Positions 44,822-54,981 of a stretch of DNA of 64,000 bases are shown here, in pieces. Source of the DNA: an uncultured Gemmatimonadales bacterium (GTDB taxonomy: Bacteria; Gemmatimonadota; Gemmatimonadetes; Longimicrobiales; Gaopeijiaceae); assembly GCA_963809895.1 (NCBI GenBank), contig CAWELD010000003.1:288001-352000 (forward strand), read 5' to 3'. Below the pieces are notes generated by a model. The model saw only the letters and a program-made list of their open reading frames with translations, did not search any database and was not told the origin of the DNA. Each line of letters begins with the position of its first letter. Position 1 is the stretch's first letter. The position numbers and the translations under genes are program-made.

Positions 44822-45404
44822 GTTGCGTCCCGATCCCATCCGTATCGACGTGGGCGCCCTGGTGCAGCGATCGGTGGCGTCGCTGTACGCGCACCTGGTC
44901 ACGCGCCCCACGGGGCGGGCCGTGCGTCTGGCCATCGAGAGTCAGCTCGCCGAGGCCGGCGACCCGGCGGTCTCGCTCATCGACCTGTCCGAGGTGACGA
45001 TCCTGGATTTCTCCTGTGCCGACGAGGTGGTGGCGAAGCTGCTGCAGCGCTATCTGGAGTCGGATCGCCCGCGCGAGGCGTTCTTCGTGTTCCGGGGGGT
45101 TCAGGCCCGGCACCGGGATCCCATGGAGGCGGTGTTGGAGCGGCAGTCATTGGCGGCAGTGGCCCAGCGCGAGGACGGGATCTTCGAGCTCATGGGGGCG
45201 CGCTCACCCGCGGAGCACCGGGTGTGGATGGAGGTGGAGGCCAGCGGGCGCATGGGCGGCGATCGGCTGCGTGCCTTGCCGCAGGAGTCCGAAGACCGCG
45301 TCGCCTTCGACCAGCTGGTCGCGCGCCGTCTGGTCTTTTCCACTCCCGGGTCCGGAGATCTGGTGGCGCTCAGCCGGCTGGTGCGGGGGCTGGTGCCCCA
45401 GTAG
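44814..45404 (+). CDS. STAS-like (DUF4325-like) protein with possible C-terminal winged helix
   Basis: LVTRPTGRAVR...IDLSEVTILDFSCADEVVAKL; C-terminal FDQLVARRLV. Confidence 0.7.
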   Translation: MPELRPDPIRIDVGALVQRSVASLYAHLVTRPTGRAVRLAIESQLAEAGDPAVSLIDLSEVTILDFSCADEVVAKLLQRYLESDRPREAFFVFRGVQARHRDPMEAVLERQSLAAVAQREDGIFELMGARSPAEHRVWMEVEASGRMGGDRLRALPQESEDRVAFDQLVARRLVFSTPGSGDLVALSRLVRGLVPQ

Positions 45405-45515
45405 AGGGGCGAGCCAGGGTCGGCGGGCACCGGGGTAGCCCACCACGGGACCGCCCGGTAGCTTGCGCTCGAGGGCCCCTAAGGGCCGCGTCGCACCCAC
45501 CTCCCCGACCTGACC

Positions 45516-46700
45516 ATGTCGCTACGATCACGAGCCCGCAGCCCGCGCCTGGGCCTCTCCACGCTGGGTATCCACGGAGGGGCCGACGTGCCGGAGCCGG
45601 GCGATCCGGTGGTGCCACCCATCGTGCAGAGCGCCACCTTCATGGGTGGGCGCCCGGGCGAAGAGCTGCTCTACAGCCGTTACGGCAACAACCCGCTCCA
45701 GCTCCTGGTGGGCCGCAAGATCGCCGAGCTCGAGGGTGCCGAGGAGGGATTGGTCCTGGGTAGCGGGATGGCGGCGATCGCCATGACGCTGCTGGCGATG
45801 ACCCGGGCCGGCGACCACGTGGTCGCCTCCAAGCACCTCTACGGCGCGACGCTTCAACTGCTGTCGGAGGAGCTGCCCCGGCGGGGCGTCGAGACCACCC
45901 TCGTCGATCCCTCGTCGGGCCGCACCTGGCGGCAGGCGCTTCGCAAGGAGACGCGCCTCCTCTACACCGAGGTCCCCACGAATCCCACGCTCAGGGTGTT
46001 CGATCCGGGCCCGCTCACGGACCTGGCCCACGACACGGGACTCCCCCTGGTGATGGACGCGACCTTCGCCACCCCCGTGAACCTGCGGCCCCTGGCGCTC
46101 GGGGTCGACGTGGTCATCCACTCCGCCACCAAGTACCTCGGCGGTCACTCGGACATCGTGGCGGGCGCCGTGGCCGGGCCCCGGAGCGTGGTGGGCGAGA
46201 TCGCGGACACCATGAAGCTCTACGGTCCCGCCGCGGATCCCCACATGGTCTGGCTGTTGGACCGGGGCCTGCGCACGCTGGACGTGCGCGTGCGGCGCCA
46301 GAACCAGACGGCGCTGGCGTTGGGCCGTTGGCTCGAGGGGCGCGACGAGGTGGAGCGCGTCCTGTACCCGGGTCTGGCCAGCCATCCCGACCACGCCGTG
46401 GCCGTCGAGCTGTTCCGGGAAGGCGCCGGCTACGGGGGCATGCTCTCGTTCGTGCTGGCCGGGGGCGGGCGGGCAGCGGACCGGTTCGTGGACCTCCTGG
46501 AGCTGGTGAAGGTGGCGCCCTCGCTGGGAGGGGTGGAGACGCTCGTCTCCCAGCCACGCTACACGTCGCATCGGGCGCTCACCGCGGTGGAGCGTCAGGC
46601 CCTGGGTATCCCCGACGGCTTCCTGCGCCTCTCCGTGGGGCTGGAGGACGAAGCCGACCTGAGGGCCGACCTGGAGCAGGCTCTCGACGGGATCGCCTGA
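45516..46700 (+). CDS. PLP-dependent trans-sulfuration enzyme (cystathionine gamma-lyase/synthase family)
   Basis: YSRYGNNP, SGMAAI, EVPTNP, HSATKYLGGHSD, SLGGVETL and RLSVGLED motifs. Confidence 0.93.
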   Translation: MSLRSRARSPRLGLSTLGIHGGADVPEPGDPVVPPIVQSATFMGGRPGEELLYSRYGNNPLQLLVGRKIAELEGAEEGLVLGSGMAAIAMTLLAMTRAGDHVVASKHLYGATLQLLSEELPRRGVETTLVDPSSGRTWRQALRKETRLLYTEVPTNPTLRVFDPGPLTDLAHDTGLPLVMDATFATPVNLRPLALGVDVVIHSATKYLGGHSDIVAGAVAGPRSVVGEIADTMKLYGPAADPHMVWLLDRGLRTLDVRVRRQNQTALALGRWLEGRDEVERVLYPGLASHPDHAVAVELFREGAGYGGMLSFVLAGGGRAADRFVDLLELVKVAPSLGGVETLVSQPRYTSHRALTAVERQALGIPDGFLRLSVGLEDEADLRADLEQALDGIA

Positions 46701-46701
46701 C

Positions 46702-49062
46702 GTGTCGCTTCGCCGTCTGGGATGGTTCGTCCTGGGCGTCTTCCTGGTGCTCGGGATCGGGGCGGGCGCGGTGCTGCAGAGGCTGCGGCGGGGTCCGGGG
46801 CTGCCTGGGAGCGCGGTGGATCTGCCCGGACTGTCGGCACCGGCCGAGGTGCTCTGGGACTCGTTGGCCATCCCCCAGGTGTACGCCGCCTCGGTGGAGG
46901 ACGCGTTCCGCGTGCAGGGTTGGCTGCACGGCCGCGATCGCCTCTGGCAGGTGGAGATGTTCCGGCGGGTGTCCCACGGTACGCTCTCCGAGCTCTTCGG
47001 CGAGGCGACGCTGGCCAGCGATCGCTTTCTGCGCACCCTGGACCTCGGGGGTGCGGCGGAGCGAACGGCGGATGCCCTGGATCCCGAGACCCGGCGGCTG
47101 GTGCAGGCGTACGTCGACGGGCTCAACGCCGCCGTGGACGGATGGTCGGGGCCCTTGCCCCCGGAATTCGTGGTCCTGGGTGCCGAGGCCGAGCACTTCA
47201 CCGTCCGGGACGCTCTGGCCCTGGAGAAGATCATGGCCTGGGACCTGGCCGCCTACGAGCTCACGCTGGACCTCACGGAGGCCTTCCGGGAGCTCGGCCC
47301 CGAAGGCTTCGAGGCCGTGCGCCCCTACCAACCTTCCGACGGCGTGACGATCCTGGGCGACGCGTACAGCGCGGCGGGATCGGAGGCTGCAGGCTCCCGG
47401 AGCCCCTCGGCGGTCGCGGCGGTGGTGCCGTCAGCGGCGCTGGCGGCGGCCGCCCGCGTGCCCCGCGTTGCCGCCGCGCTGCTCGACGCGGGCAGCATGG
47501 TGAGGGCGTCCAACGCCTGGGTGGTGGGCCCCGAGCGGAGCCGGTCGGGCAAGCCGCTCCTGGCCAACGACATGCACCTGACGCTGCGACAGCCGACGCT
47601 CTTCTATCTCGTGGGCCTGCACGCACCGGGGATGGACGTGGTGGGGATGAGCCTTCCGGGCACACCCGGGGTGGTTGCGGGCCACACGGGTGGCGTGGCC
47701 TGGGGCTACACCAACGCCTACGTGGACGACACCGACCTGTTCGTGGAGAAGGTCGATCCCGCCGATACCATGCGCTATCTGACGCCGACGGGCAGCGCGC
47801 CGTTCCGGCGCCGGGTCGAGGTGATCCCGGTGCGCGGAGGGAGCCCCGATACCATGGTGGTACGGGAGACGCGGCACGGCCCGGTAATCACGCCGGTGGA
47901 GTCCCGGGCCGGTGGGGAGTTGCTGGCGCTGCGCTGGATCGCCCTGGATGCGTCGACCTCGCCCGCGGGCATCATCCGCATGAACCGGTCCTCTACCGTG
48001 GCGCAGCTCCTCGAGGGGGTGGCGCTCTTCTCGGATCCCCACCAGAACGTGGTGTTCGCCGACACCGCCGGCGCGTGGGGCTACTGGATGGCCGGTCGGG
48101 TTCCCCGGCGGCCCGACACGCTGCCCCCGCTCCTGCCGGTTGCGGGCTGGACCGGAGCCCACGACTGGCAGGGCTACCTGCCGTTCGAGGAGCATCCGCA
48201 CGCCCTCGAGCCGGCGGCGGGATTCGTGGCCACGGCCAACAACCGCCAATCCCGGGCGCCGGTCTCGGACCGCATCTCCAACGGCGCGTGGGCGGCGCCC
48301 TGGCGTGCGCAGCGGATCACCGAGCTGCTGGAGGCGCGCCGGGATCACGACGCAGCCTCCATGACCGCCATCCAACTCGACGTGGAGAGCGTGTGGGTGC
48401 GGCGCCACCGGGGGGCGGCGGTGGAGGCCTTTCGAGCCGCGGGGTTGGACGGCGAGGCCGACGCCCTGGAGCGCTGGGACGGGCGCGCGACGTTGGACAG
48501 CCACGTGGCGACCGCCTTCTATCTGTGGATGGCTTCGCTGCGCCGGCTGCGTGCGCGAGCGCTCTACGGGCGCGACGGGGGCTATTTCCCGTGGGATGCC
48601 CTGGAGCGTGAATTGGTCCGGGGGCAGGTGCCTGTCGAGGACGCCGTCGCCGCCGCCCACGAGGCGGCCGCGGCCGGTGACCTGGCGTGGGGCGAGGCGC
48701 ACACGCTGACGCTGGACCATCCGCTGGCGTCGGTGCCGGTGCTGCGAGCCCTCTTCGGTTTCGGTCGGCGTGGAATCCCCAGGGCCGGTGGGCCGTATAC
48801 GGTAAGCGTGGCGGACTTCTCCGGCAGCGAGCCTCCGCTGGTGGTCACGCACGGCCCCAGCGAGCGACACGTGGTCGACCTGGCGGATCCCGACGGACCC
48901 GGGGGCTTCATCCTGCCGGGAGGGGAGTCGGGATTTCCGGGCGATCCCCACGGCATGGACCAGTTTCCGCGCTGGCAGCGCGGAGCCCTGGTACCCGTGC
49001 CCGTGGATCGCGGCGCCGCCGAGGCCCGGACGGTGTCGAGGATTCGGCTACGACCGGGCTGA
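46702..49062 (+). CDS. Penicillin acylase family Ntn-hydrolase (S45)
   Basis: DRLWQVE, SNAWVV nucleophile, LLANDMHL, ATANN and GGESG motifs; N-terminal anchor. Confidence 0.92.
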   Translation: MSLRRLGWFVLGVFLVLGIGAGAVLQRLRRGPGLPGSAVDLPGLSAPAEVLWDSLAIPQVYAASVEDAFRVQGWLHGRDRLWQVEMFRRVSHGTLSELFGEATLASDRFLRTLDLGGAAERTADALDPETRRLVQAYVDGLNAAVDGWSGPLPPEFVVLGAEAEHFTVRDALALEKIMAWDLAAYELTLDLTEAFRELGPEGFEAVRPYQPSDGVTILGDAYSAAGSEAAGSRSPSAVAAVVPSAALAAAARVPRVAAALLDAGSMVRASNAWVVGPERSRSGKPLLANDMHLTLRQPTLFYLVGLHAPGMDVVGMSLPGTPGVVAGHTGGVAWGYTNAYVDDTDLFVEKVDPADTMRYLTPTGSAPFRRRVEVIPVRGGSPDTMVVRETRHGPVITPVESRAGGELLALRWIALDASTSPAGIIRMNRSSTVAQLLEGVALFSDPHQNVVFADTAGAWGYWMAGRVPRRPDTLPPLLPVAGWTGAHDWQGYLPFEEHPHALEPAAGFVATANNRQSRAPVSDRISNGAWAAPWRAQRITELLEARRDHDAASMTAIQLDVESVWVRRHRGAAVEAFRAAGLDGEADALERWDGRATLDSHVATAFYLWMASLRRLRARALYGRDGGYFPWDALERELVRGQVPVEDAVAAAHEAAAAGDLAWGEAHTLTLDHPLASVPVLRALFGFGRRGIPRAGGPYTVSVADFSGSEPPLVVTHGPSERHVVDLADPDGPGGFILPGGESGFPGDPHGMDQFPRWQRGALVPVPVDRGAAEARTVSRIRLRPG

Positions 49063-49152
49063 GCGGCACCCGCCACCCCCTTTCGTGGTACGATCTCTCT
49101 GGTGACCCGACGGACACCCGGCCCCCGGGCCGGACAACAACGAATCGACATC

Positions 49153-50583
49153 ATGCGCGCACCATTTCTTCGCCGACCGGTCGTGCGGGCCGCTCTCTTC
49201 GTGGTGGTGGCCCTCCTGGCCTCTACCGTGGACCTGGCGGCCCAGACGGTCCAGGGCTCCCTGGTCGAATCCGACGACGGCGCGCCCATCAACGGCGCCA
49301 CCGTCATCCTCCTGGATCAGGGGGGCACCGAGGTGGGGCGGGGAAGCACGGACGCCCAGGGTGCCTTCCAGCTCCAGGCACCGGCGGCGGGGATCTACAT
49401 GGTGATGGTGGAGCGCGAGGGGTACGCCAATCACCTGACCGACACCTTCGCCCTGGCCGCCGACGAGACCTATCCGCTGGACCTGACGCTTCGTAGCCAG
49501 CACGTGGGGGAGACGGGTCTGTCGGCCATGGACACGCTGGAAGGAGCCGCCCTGGTGGCCGCGGCCATCTCCAACGCCTGCAGAGACGAGTTCGTCCCGG
49601 GGCTCCACGGGATCGCCTTCGGGATCATCCGGGACGAGGAGAGCGGGGATCCCATTCCCGGCGCGGCGGCGCGACTGCGCTGGAAGCCCGCCGACGGGCC
49701 GGGCGTGAGCCGTCAGGAGCGTACCACCCGCACCGACGAGGTGGGCGCCTACCTGGTGTGCGACCTTCCGGCGGGCCGCGACGTGGAGGTCACGCCCACC
49801 ATCGACGGGATCGATGGGGACGACGTCACCTTCCGCGTGCGCGCCGGCACCATGAGCAAGCACGACCTGACGATCCCGCTGTCGAATCCCGATCAGCCCG
49901 GCAACATCCTGGGTCACGTCACCGACAACAGCACGGGGCAGCCGCTGGCGGGAGCCACCATCCGGCTGCGCGATGCGGGGCGCAGCACCGTGACCAACTC
50001 CCGCGGCGTCTTCATCCTGGGCAACCTGCCCGCTGGGTTGGACGTGGTGGAGGTGGAGATGCTGGGCTACGCCGACCACGAGACGCCGGTTCGGGTCGTG
50101 GGTGGACGGGCCCAGGACATGGAGGTTCGTCTCACCACGCGCCCGGTGGAGCTCCCGCCGATCGTGGTCACGGTCCGCCCCCGCACGTGGTTCAGCGATC
50201 GCTCGCAGCTCGAGAGCCGCATCGAGCTCGGCAACGGCATCTTCCTGACCCGACCGGAGCTGGAGAAGCGGTCTCCAGTGCTGCTGGGCGACGCGCTGCG
50301 CGGGCTGCCCGGGGTGCAGGTCATCGGCTCCGGCGGTGGTCTGACAGCCAAGTACACCGTGCAACTGCGGGGCGCGGCGAACCTGAATTCCGAGATCTGC
50401 CAGCCCATGGTCTGGGTCGACGGCGTAAAATGGGGCAACGACGGGTCCGCGTTCAACGAGGTCCAGGGCTGGGAGTTGGACGCAGTGGAGATCTACCGCG
50501 GGGCCTCGGAAGTGCCGGGGGAGTTCGCCGGCGGAGAGGCGCGCTGCGGCGTGATCGTGGTATGGACCCGGCGGGGGCGGTAG
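49153..50583 (+). CDS. Secreted protein: carboxypeptidase-regulatory-like repeats plus TonB-plug-like C-terminal domain, no barrel
   Basis: Signal peptide; G.V.D...G.P..GA.I repeats; LRGLPGVQV and AVEIYRG...CGVIVVWTR end. Confidence 0.75.
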   Translation: MRAPFLRRPVVRAALFVVVALLASTVDLAAQTVQGSLVESDDGAPINGATVILLDQGGTEVGRGSTDAQGAFQLQAPAAGIYMVMVEREGYANHLTDTFALAADETYPLDLTLRSQHVGETGLSAMDTLEGAALVAAAISNACRDEFVPGLHGIAFGIIRDEESGDPIPGAAARLRWKPADGPGVSRQERTTRTDEVGAYLVCDLPAGRDVEVTPTIDGIDGDDVTFRVRAGTMSKHDLTIPLSNPDQPGNILGHVTDNSTGQPLAGATIRLRDAGRSTVTNSRGVFILGNLPAGLDVVEVEMLGYADHETPVRVVGGRAQDMEVRLTTRPVELPPIVVTVRPRTWFSDRSQLESRIELGNGIFLTRPELEKRSPVLLGDALRGLPGVQVIGSGGGLTAKYTVQLRGAANLNSEICQPMVWVDGVKWGNDGSAFNEVQGWELDAVEIYRGASEVPGEFAGGEARCGVIVVWTRRGR

Positions 50584-50704
50584 CCGGCCCGGATTTTTCG
50601 CCGCGCTGGAATCTCCGGGCACTTCGCTCGTATACTACGCTCGGAGGCCCGCCAGGGGCTCCCCGCCGCATGGCGGTTACGCACCCTCCCGCCGGAGAGC
50701 GTCC

Positions 50705-52048
50705 ATGCGCCTGCGCTCCACCCTGGCCCTGCCTGCCGTCGCGACGCTGCTGACGGCTCACCCCCTGTGCGCTCAGGCGGTGGTGGGGCGTGTCACGGCC
50801 CGGACGAGCCACCGCCCCCTCTCCGGCGTGCCCGTGGTGCTCGTCACCACCGATCTGGACACGGTGGTGTCGGTCCGATCGGATCCCGATGGACGCTACG
50901 TGCTCCGTCCTGGCCGCGCGGGCACGTTCCTGGTGGTGGTGGACGAGCCCGGCTTCGCTGCCCACCTGTCCAATCCCGTCGAGCTCAGGGCGGCGGAGCT
51001 CTACGACCACCCCGTGAGCCTGGCGCGGCTGACGGCGCCGTCGGCCGCGGAGCCGGAGCTTCAGTTGAGGGCCGTGGACGTGGCGCGGGCATGCGGCCGT
51101 GCCTTCGACCCCGACCGACACGGAATCGTGGTCGGCCAGGTCCACGACCCGGGCACCGGCACGAGCCTCACCGACGTCTGGGTGTCGGCCAGGAAGACCG
51201 GCGCCTCACGCCCGTGGGAAGCCCAGACCGGCGCCGACGGCCTCTATCTCCTGTGTGACCTTCCCGACGGTGCCGACGTGCGGCTGGCAGCGGCCGGTGG
51301 CGGCGTGAGCGGGCCCGGGCGTCAGGTGACGATCGCCGCCGGAACGGTCCGTCGGCTCGACCTCGAGCTGCCTCTGGCAGAGCCGGGCATGGGCAAGATC
51401 CTGGGCCGGGTGGTGGATGTCCTGTCGGGCCAGGCGGTGGACGGGGCGGAGATCCACGTTCGCGAGACGGGTCAGTGGGTGCTCACAGACCGTAACGGCA
51501 ACTTCGCCCTGGACTCGGTGGCAGCCGGCCTGCACCGCATCCAGGTCAAGCGCATCGGGTACGCCACGCGTGAGGTGACCTTTCGGGTGGAGCCCGGAGG
51601 TGCCCACGGCCTGCGCGTGCCCATGTCCACCGAGGCCATCGCCCTGGACCCCGTGGTGGTGACGGTCCGCTCGCCGCGCTGGGCACGGGAGATGCGCAGC
51701 CTGCAGCACAGGATGCGGACCACGGGGGGTGCGTTCTTCGCCCGCGAGGAGCTGGAGCGGCTGGCACCGCGCTCGCTCCTCGACCTGGTGCGCGACGTGC
51801 CGGGCATCACCCTGATCGCCGCCGATCTGCGCCAGCCGCCCCTGCTGCGCATTCGAGGCCGGCGGTGCCGGCCCGAGCTGGTCGTGGACCGCGTACTGCG
51901 TCGGGACGCCGCGCCCTGGACCTTCCTCCGTACCGTGGACATGGAGGCGGTGGAGGTCTACCGGGGCGCGGCGGAGAATCCCGGGGCCTACGGCACGGGC
52001 GGCGCCTGCGGGGCGGTCCTGGTCTGGACCCGGGCCGGCTGGAGCTGA
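50705..52048 (+). CDS. Paralog of the preceding gene (carboxypeptidase-regulatory-like repeats plus plug-like domain)
   Basis: Same architecture; VRDVPGITL and AVEVYRG...CGAVLVWTR. Confidence 0.75.
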   Translation: MRLRSTLALPAVATLLTAHPLCAQAVVGRVTARTSHRPLSGVPVVLVTTDLDTVVSVRSDPDGRYVLRPGRAGTFLVVVDEPGFAAHLSNPVELRAAELYDHPVSLARLTAPSAAEPELQLRAVDVARACGRAFDPDRHGIVVGQVHDPGTGTSLTDVWVSARKTGASRPWEAQTGADGLYLLCDLPDGADVRLAAAGGGVSGPGRQVTIAAGTVRRLDLELPLAEPGMGKILGRVVDVLSGQAVDGAEIHVRETGQWVLTDRNGNFALDSVAAGLHRIQVKRIGYATREVTFRVEPGGAHGLRVPMSTEAIALDPVVVTVRSPRWAREMRSLQHRMRTTGGAFFAREELERLAPRSLLDLVRDVPGITLIAADLRQPPLLRIRGRRCRPELVVDRVLRRDAAPWTFLRTVDMEAVEVYRGAAENPGAYGTGGACGAVLVWTRAGWS

Positions 52049-52060
52049 GGCGCGCGCCTC

Positions 52061-53689
52061 CTACTCGCTGTCCATGTAGGGATAGCGGTAGTCCGTGGGC
52101 GGCACGAAGGTCTCCTTGATGCTCCGCGGGGTAACCCAGCGCAGCAGGTTCAGGACCGAGCCCGCCTTGTCGTTGGTGCCCGAGGCGCGGGAGCCCCCGA
52201 AAGGCTGCTGCCCGACGACCGCCCCCGTGGGCTTGTCGTTGACGTAGAAGTTACCGGCCGCGTGCCTCAGCGCGTCGGAGGCCTGCCGGATCACCTCACG
52301 GTCCCGGGCGAACACGGCCCCCGTGAGCGCGTAGGGCGAGCTCGTGTCCACCAGCTTCAGCGTCTCGTCCCAGGCATCGTCCGGATACACGTGGATGGTC
52401 ATGACCGGCCCGAAGATCTCCTCGCACATGGTCTCGTAGCGGGGATCGTGGCTCAGGATGATCGTGGGGCGGATGAACCATCCCTTGCTGTCGTCGTAGT
52501 CTCCGCCGGCGATGACCTCCACGTCGTCCGCTGCGCGTGCGCGGTCGATGTAGGCGGAGATCTTCCTGAACGCCTTCTCGTCGATGACGGCGCCCATGAA
52601 GTTGTGGTGGTCCGTGGGGTCACCCATGGCAATGCCGTCGGTGTCCGCCACCAGATCGTCGCGAATGGCCGACCACAGGCTCTCGGGCACGTAGGCCCGC
52701 GACGCCGCCGAGCACTTCTGGCCCTGGTACTCGAAAGCGCCCCGCACGATGGCCGTGCGTACCGCGTCGGCGTCGGCGCTGGCGTGGGCCAGGATGAAGT
52801 CCTTGCCGCCGGTCTCACCGACGATGCGGGGGTACGACTTGTAGCCGGCGATGTTCTTGCCGATCCGCTCCCAGAACATCTGGAACACGGCGGTGGAGCC
52901 GGTGAAGTGGAGGCCGGCGAAGGCCGGGTCGGCCAGGAGCGCGTCGGTGATCTCTCGGGAATCCCCGGGAATGAAGTTGATGACGCCTCCGGGGAGTCCG
53001 GCCTCCTCGAACACCTTCATGATGTAGTAGTTGCTCAGCAGCGCCGTGTGCGAGGGCTTCCAGAGCACCACGTTTCCCATGAGCGCGGGCGCGCCGGGGA
53101 GGTTGCCGCCGATGGAGGTGAAGTTGAAGGGGGACACAGCGTAGATGAAGCCTTCCAGCGGCCGATATTCGGACCGGTTCCACATCCCGGGGCTCGACAG
53201 CGGCTGCTCGGCGTAGATGCGCTCGGCGAAGGCGGCGTTGAATCGCCAGAAATCCACCAGCTCGCAGGCGCTGTCGATCTCCGCCTGATGCACGGTCTTG
53301 CTCTGGCCGAGCATGGTGGAGGCGTTGGCGGTGCTGCGCCACTTGCCGGCCAGCAGATCGGCGGCCCGGAGAAAGACCGAGGCCCGGTCCACCCAGGGCA
53401 TGCGGGACCAGGACTGCCACGCGTCCTGGCTTGCCTCGATGGCCCGAGCGACCTCGTCGGGACCGGCCATGTGATAGTGGGCCAGCACCTTCGCGTGGTC
53501 ATGCGGAGCCCGGACCTCGTGGGTCCGGCCGGTCCGGATCTCCTCGCCACCGATGACCAGCGGAATCTCCACGGGCTCGGCGGCCAGCTCGGCCACCTTG
53601 GCGTCGATCTCGGCGCGCTCGGGCGTCCCGGGGGCGTAGCTGAGTACCGGCTCGTTCACCGGCATCGGGATCTTGATGGAACCGTTCAT
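52061..53689 (-). CDS. pruA: 1-pyrroline-5-carboxylate (glutamate semialdehyde) dehydrogenase
   Basis: NEPVLSYAPG, AEIDSACE, GETGGKDF, FEYQGQKCSA and NDKPTGAVVGQQPFGG motifs. Confidence 0.95.
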   Translation of the reverse strand: MNGSIKIPMPVNEPVLSYAPGTPERAEIDAKVAELAAEPVEIPLVIGGEEIRTGRTHEVRAPHDHAKVLAHYHMAGPDEVARAIEASQDAWQSWSRMPWVDRASVFLRAADLLAGKWRSTANASTMLGQSKTVHQAEIDSACELVDFWRFNAAFAERIYAEQPLSSPGMWNRSEYRPLEGFIYAVSPFNFTSIGGNLPGAPALMGNVVLWKPSHTALLSNYYIMKVFEEAGLPGGVINFIPGDSREITDALLADPAFAGLHFTGSTAVFQMFWERIGKNIAGYKSYPRIVGETGGKDFILAHASADADAVRTAIVRGAFEYQGQKCSAASRAYVPESLWSAIRDDLVADTDGIAMGDPTDHHNFMGAVIDEKAFRKISAYIDRARAADDVEVIAGGDYDDSKGWFIRPTIILSHDPRYETMCEEIFGPVMTIHVYPDDAWDETLKLVDTSSPYALTGAVFARDREVIRQASDALRHAAGNFYVNDKPTGAVVGQQPFGGSRASGTNDKAGSVLNLLRWVTPRSIKETFVPPTDYRYPYMDSE

Positions 53690-53879
53690 GACCTGTCCGT
53701 GGTTTCGTGATTTCAGGAGTCTCTGCGCCCGCTGGCGAGCCCCGAAATCTGCCAACGCGCCAGGTGGCACGCAACCGCGTCGGCGCCCCTGGCACGGGGC
53801 CTCCTGGCGGTTGAAGGGGCTTCCCCTCGCCGGTACATTCCGGAGCTTCCGACCCGTCCCCACACGATGTGACCTGCCC

Positions 53880-54980
53880 ATGGACAGTGAGACCCTCAAG
53901 CGAGCGGTCATGGCCGCCCTCTCCGACGTACGCCATCCCGCCACGGGCCAGGACGTCATCGCGTCGGGGCACGTGCAGAACCTGACCGTGGACGACGGTG
54001 GTGACGTGCGCTTCTCCTTCGGGCTGAAGACCGACGACCCGGGCCACCTGGTCAAGGAGGTGCGGGCCGCCGCCGAGGGCGTCGAGGGCGTCTCGGCGGT
54101 GAAGGTGAATGTGCAGCTCCCCAGCACGGGCCCCTCTCAGGGTGGGGCGCAGGCGGGCGGTGGCCTCAAGCCCGGCTCCGTTCCGGCGCCCACCCCGCGG
54201 CCCGGTCTGCTGCCCGCCGTCGACCACGTCCTGGCCGTGAGCTCGGGCAAGGGGGGGGTGGGCAAGTCCATGGTCGCGTCGAACCTCGCCGTCGCCATGG
54301 CGCGGCGGGGGCTCAGGGTGGGCCTCCTGGATGCCGACATCTACGGCCCCAACATTCCGCTCATGTTCGGCGAGACGCGGCGCCCGCGGGTGGCCGGCTC
54401 CAAGGGGCAGGAGCAGATCGAGCCCCTGGAATCCCACGGAGTCAAGCTCATGAGCCTGGGATTCCTGCTGGAGAAGGAGCAGCCCGCTATCATGCGCGGG
54501 CCCCTCATCTCCGGCATCCTCAAGCAGTTCCTGGAGCAGGTGGCCTGGGGGGAGCTGGACATCCTGGTGGTGGACATGCCGCCGGGTACCGGCGATGCCC
54601 AGCTGAGCCTGGTTCAGACCATCGACCTGGACGGTGCGTTGATGGTCACGACTCCGCAGGACGTCGCCACCGGCGACGTGCGTCGGGGCGTGCGCATGTT
54701 CGAGCGCGTCAACACGCGCATCCTGGGGCTGGTGGAGAACATGAGCGGGTTCACCTGCCCCTCGTGCGGCGAAGTGCACTACATCTTCGGCACCGAGGGC
54801 GGTCAGAAGCTGGCCGAGGAGCTGGAGATTCCGTTCCTGGGCCGCGTTCCCCTGGATACCGCCGTGCGGGAGGCCGGAGACCGGGGCGCCCCCACGGTGG
54901 CCTCCGCGCCAGACTCCGCGGCGGGGGCGGCGCTGGAGGCGGTAGCGGAGCGCGTGCTGGAGAGCCTCCGGAACGGCTGA
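53880..54980 (+). CDS. apbC: Mrp/ApbC (NBP35) Fe-S cluster carrier ATPase
   Basis: SSGKGGVGKS, DADIYGP, DMPPGTGD and ENMSGFTCPSCG motifs. Confidence 0.92.
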   Translation: MDSETLKRAVMAALSDVRHPATGQDVIASGHVQNLTVDDGGDVRFSFGLKTDDPGHLVKEVRAAAEGVEGVSAVKVNVQLPSTGPSQGGAQAGGGLKPGSVPAPTPRPGLLPAVDHVLAVSSGKGGVGKSMVASNLAVAMARRGLRVGLLDADIYGPNIPLMFGETRRPRVAGSKGQEQIEPLESHGVKLMSLGFLLEKEQPAIMRGPLISGILKQFLEQVAWGELDILVVDMPPGTGDAQLSLVQTIDLDGALMVTTPQDVATGDVRRGVRMFERVNTRILGLVENMSGFTCPSCGEVHYIFGTEGGQKLAEELEIPFLGRVPLDTAVREAGDRGAPTVASAPDSAAGAALEAVAERVLESLRNG

Positions 54981-54981
54981 C

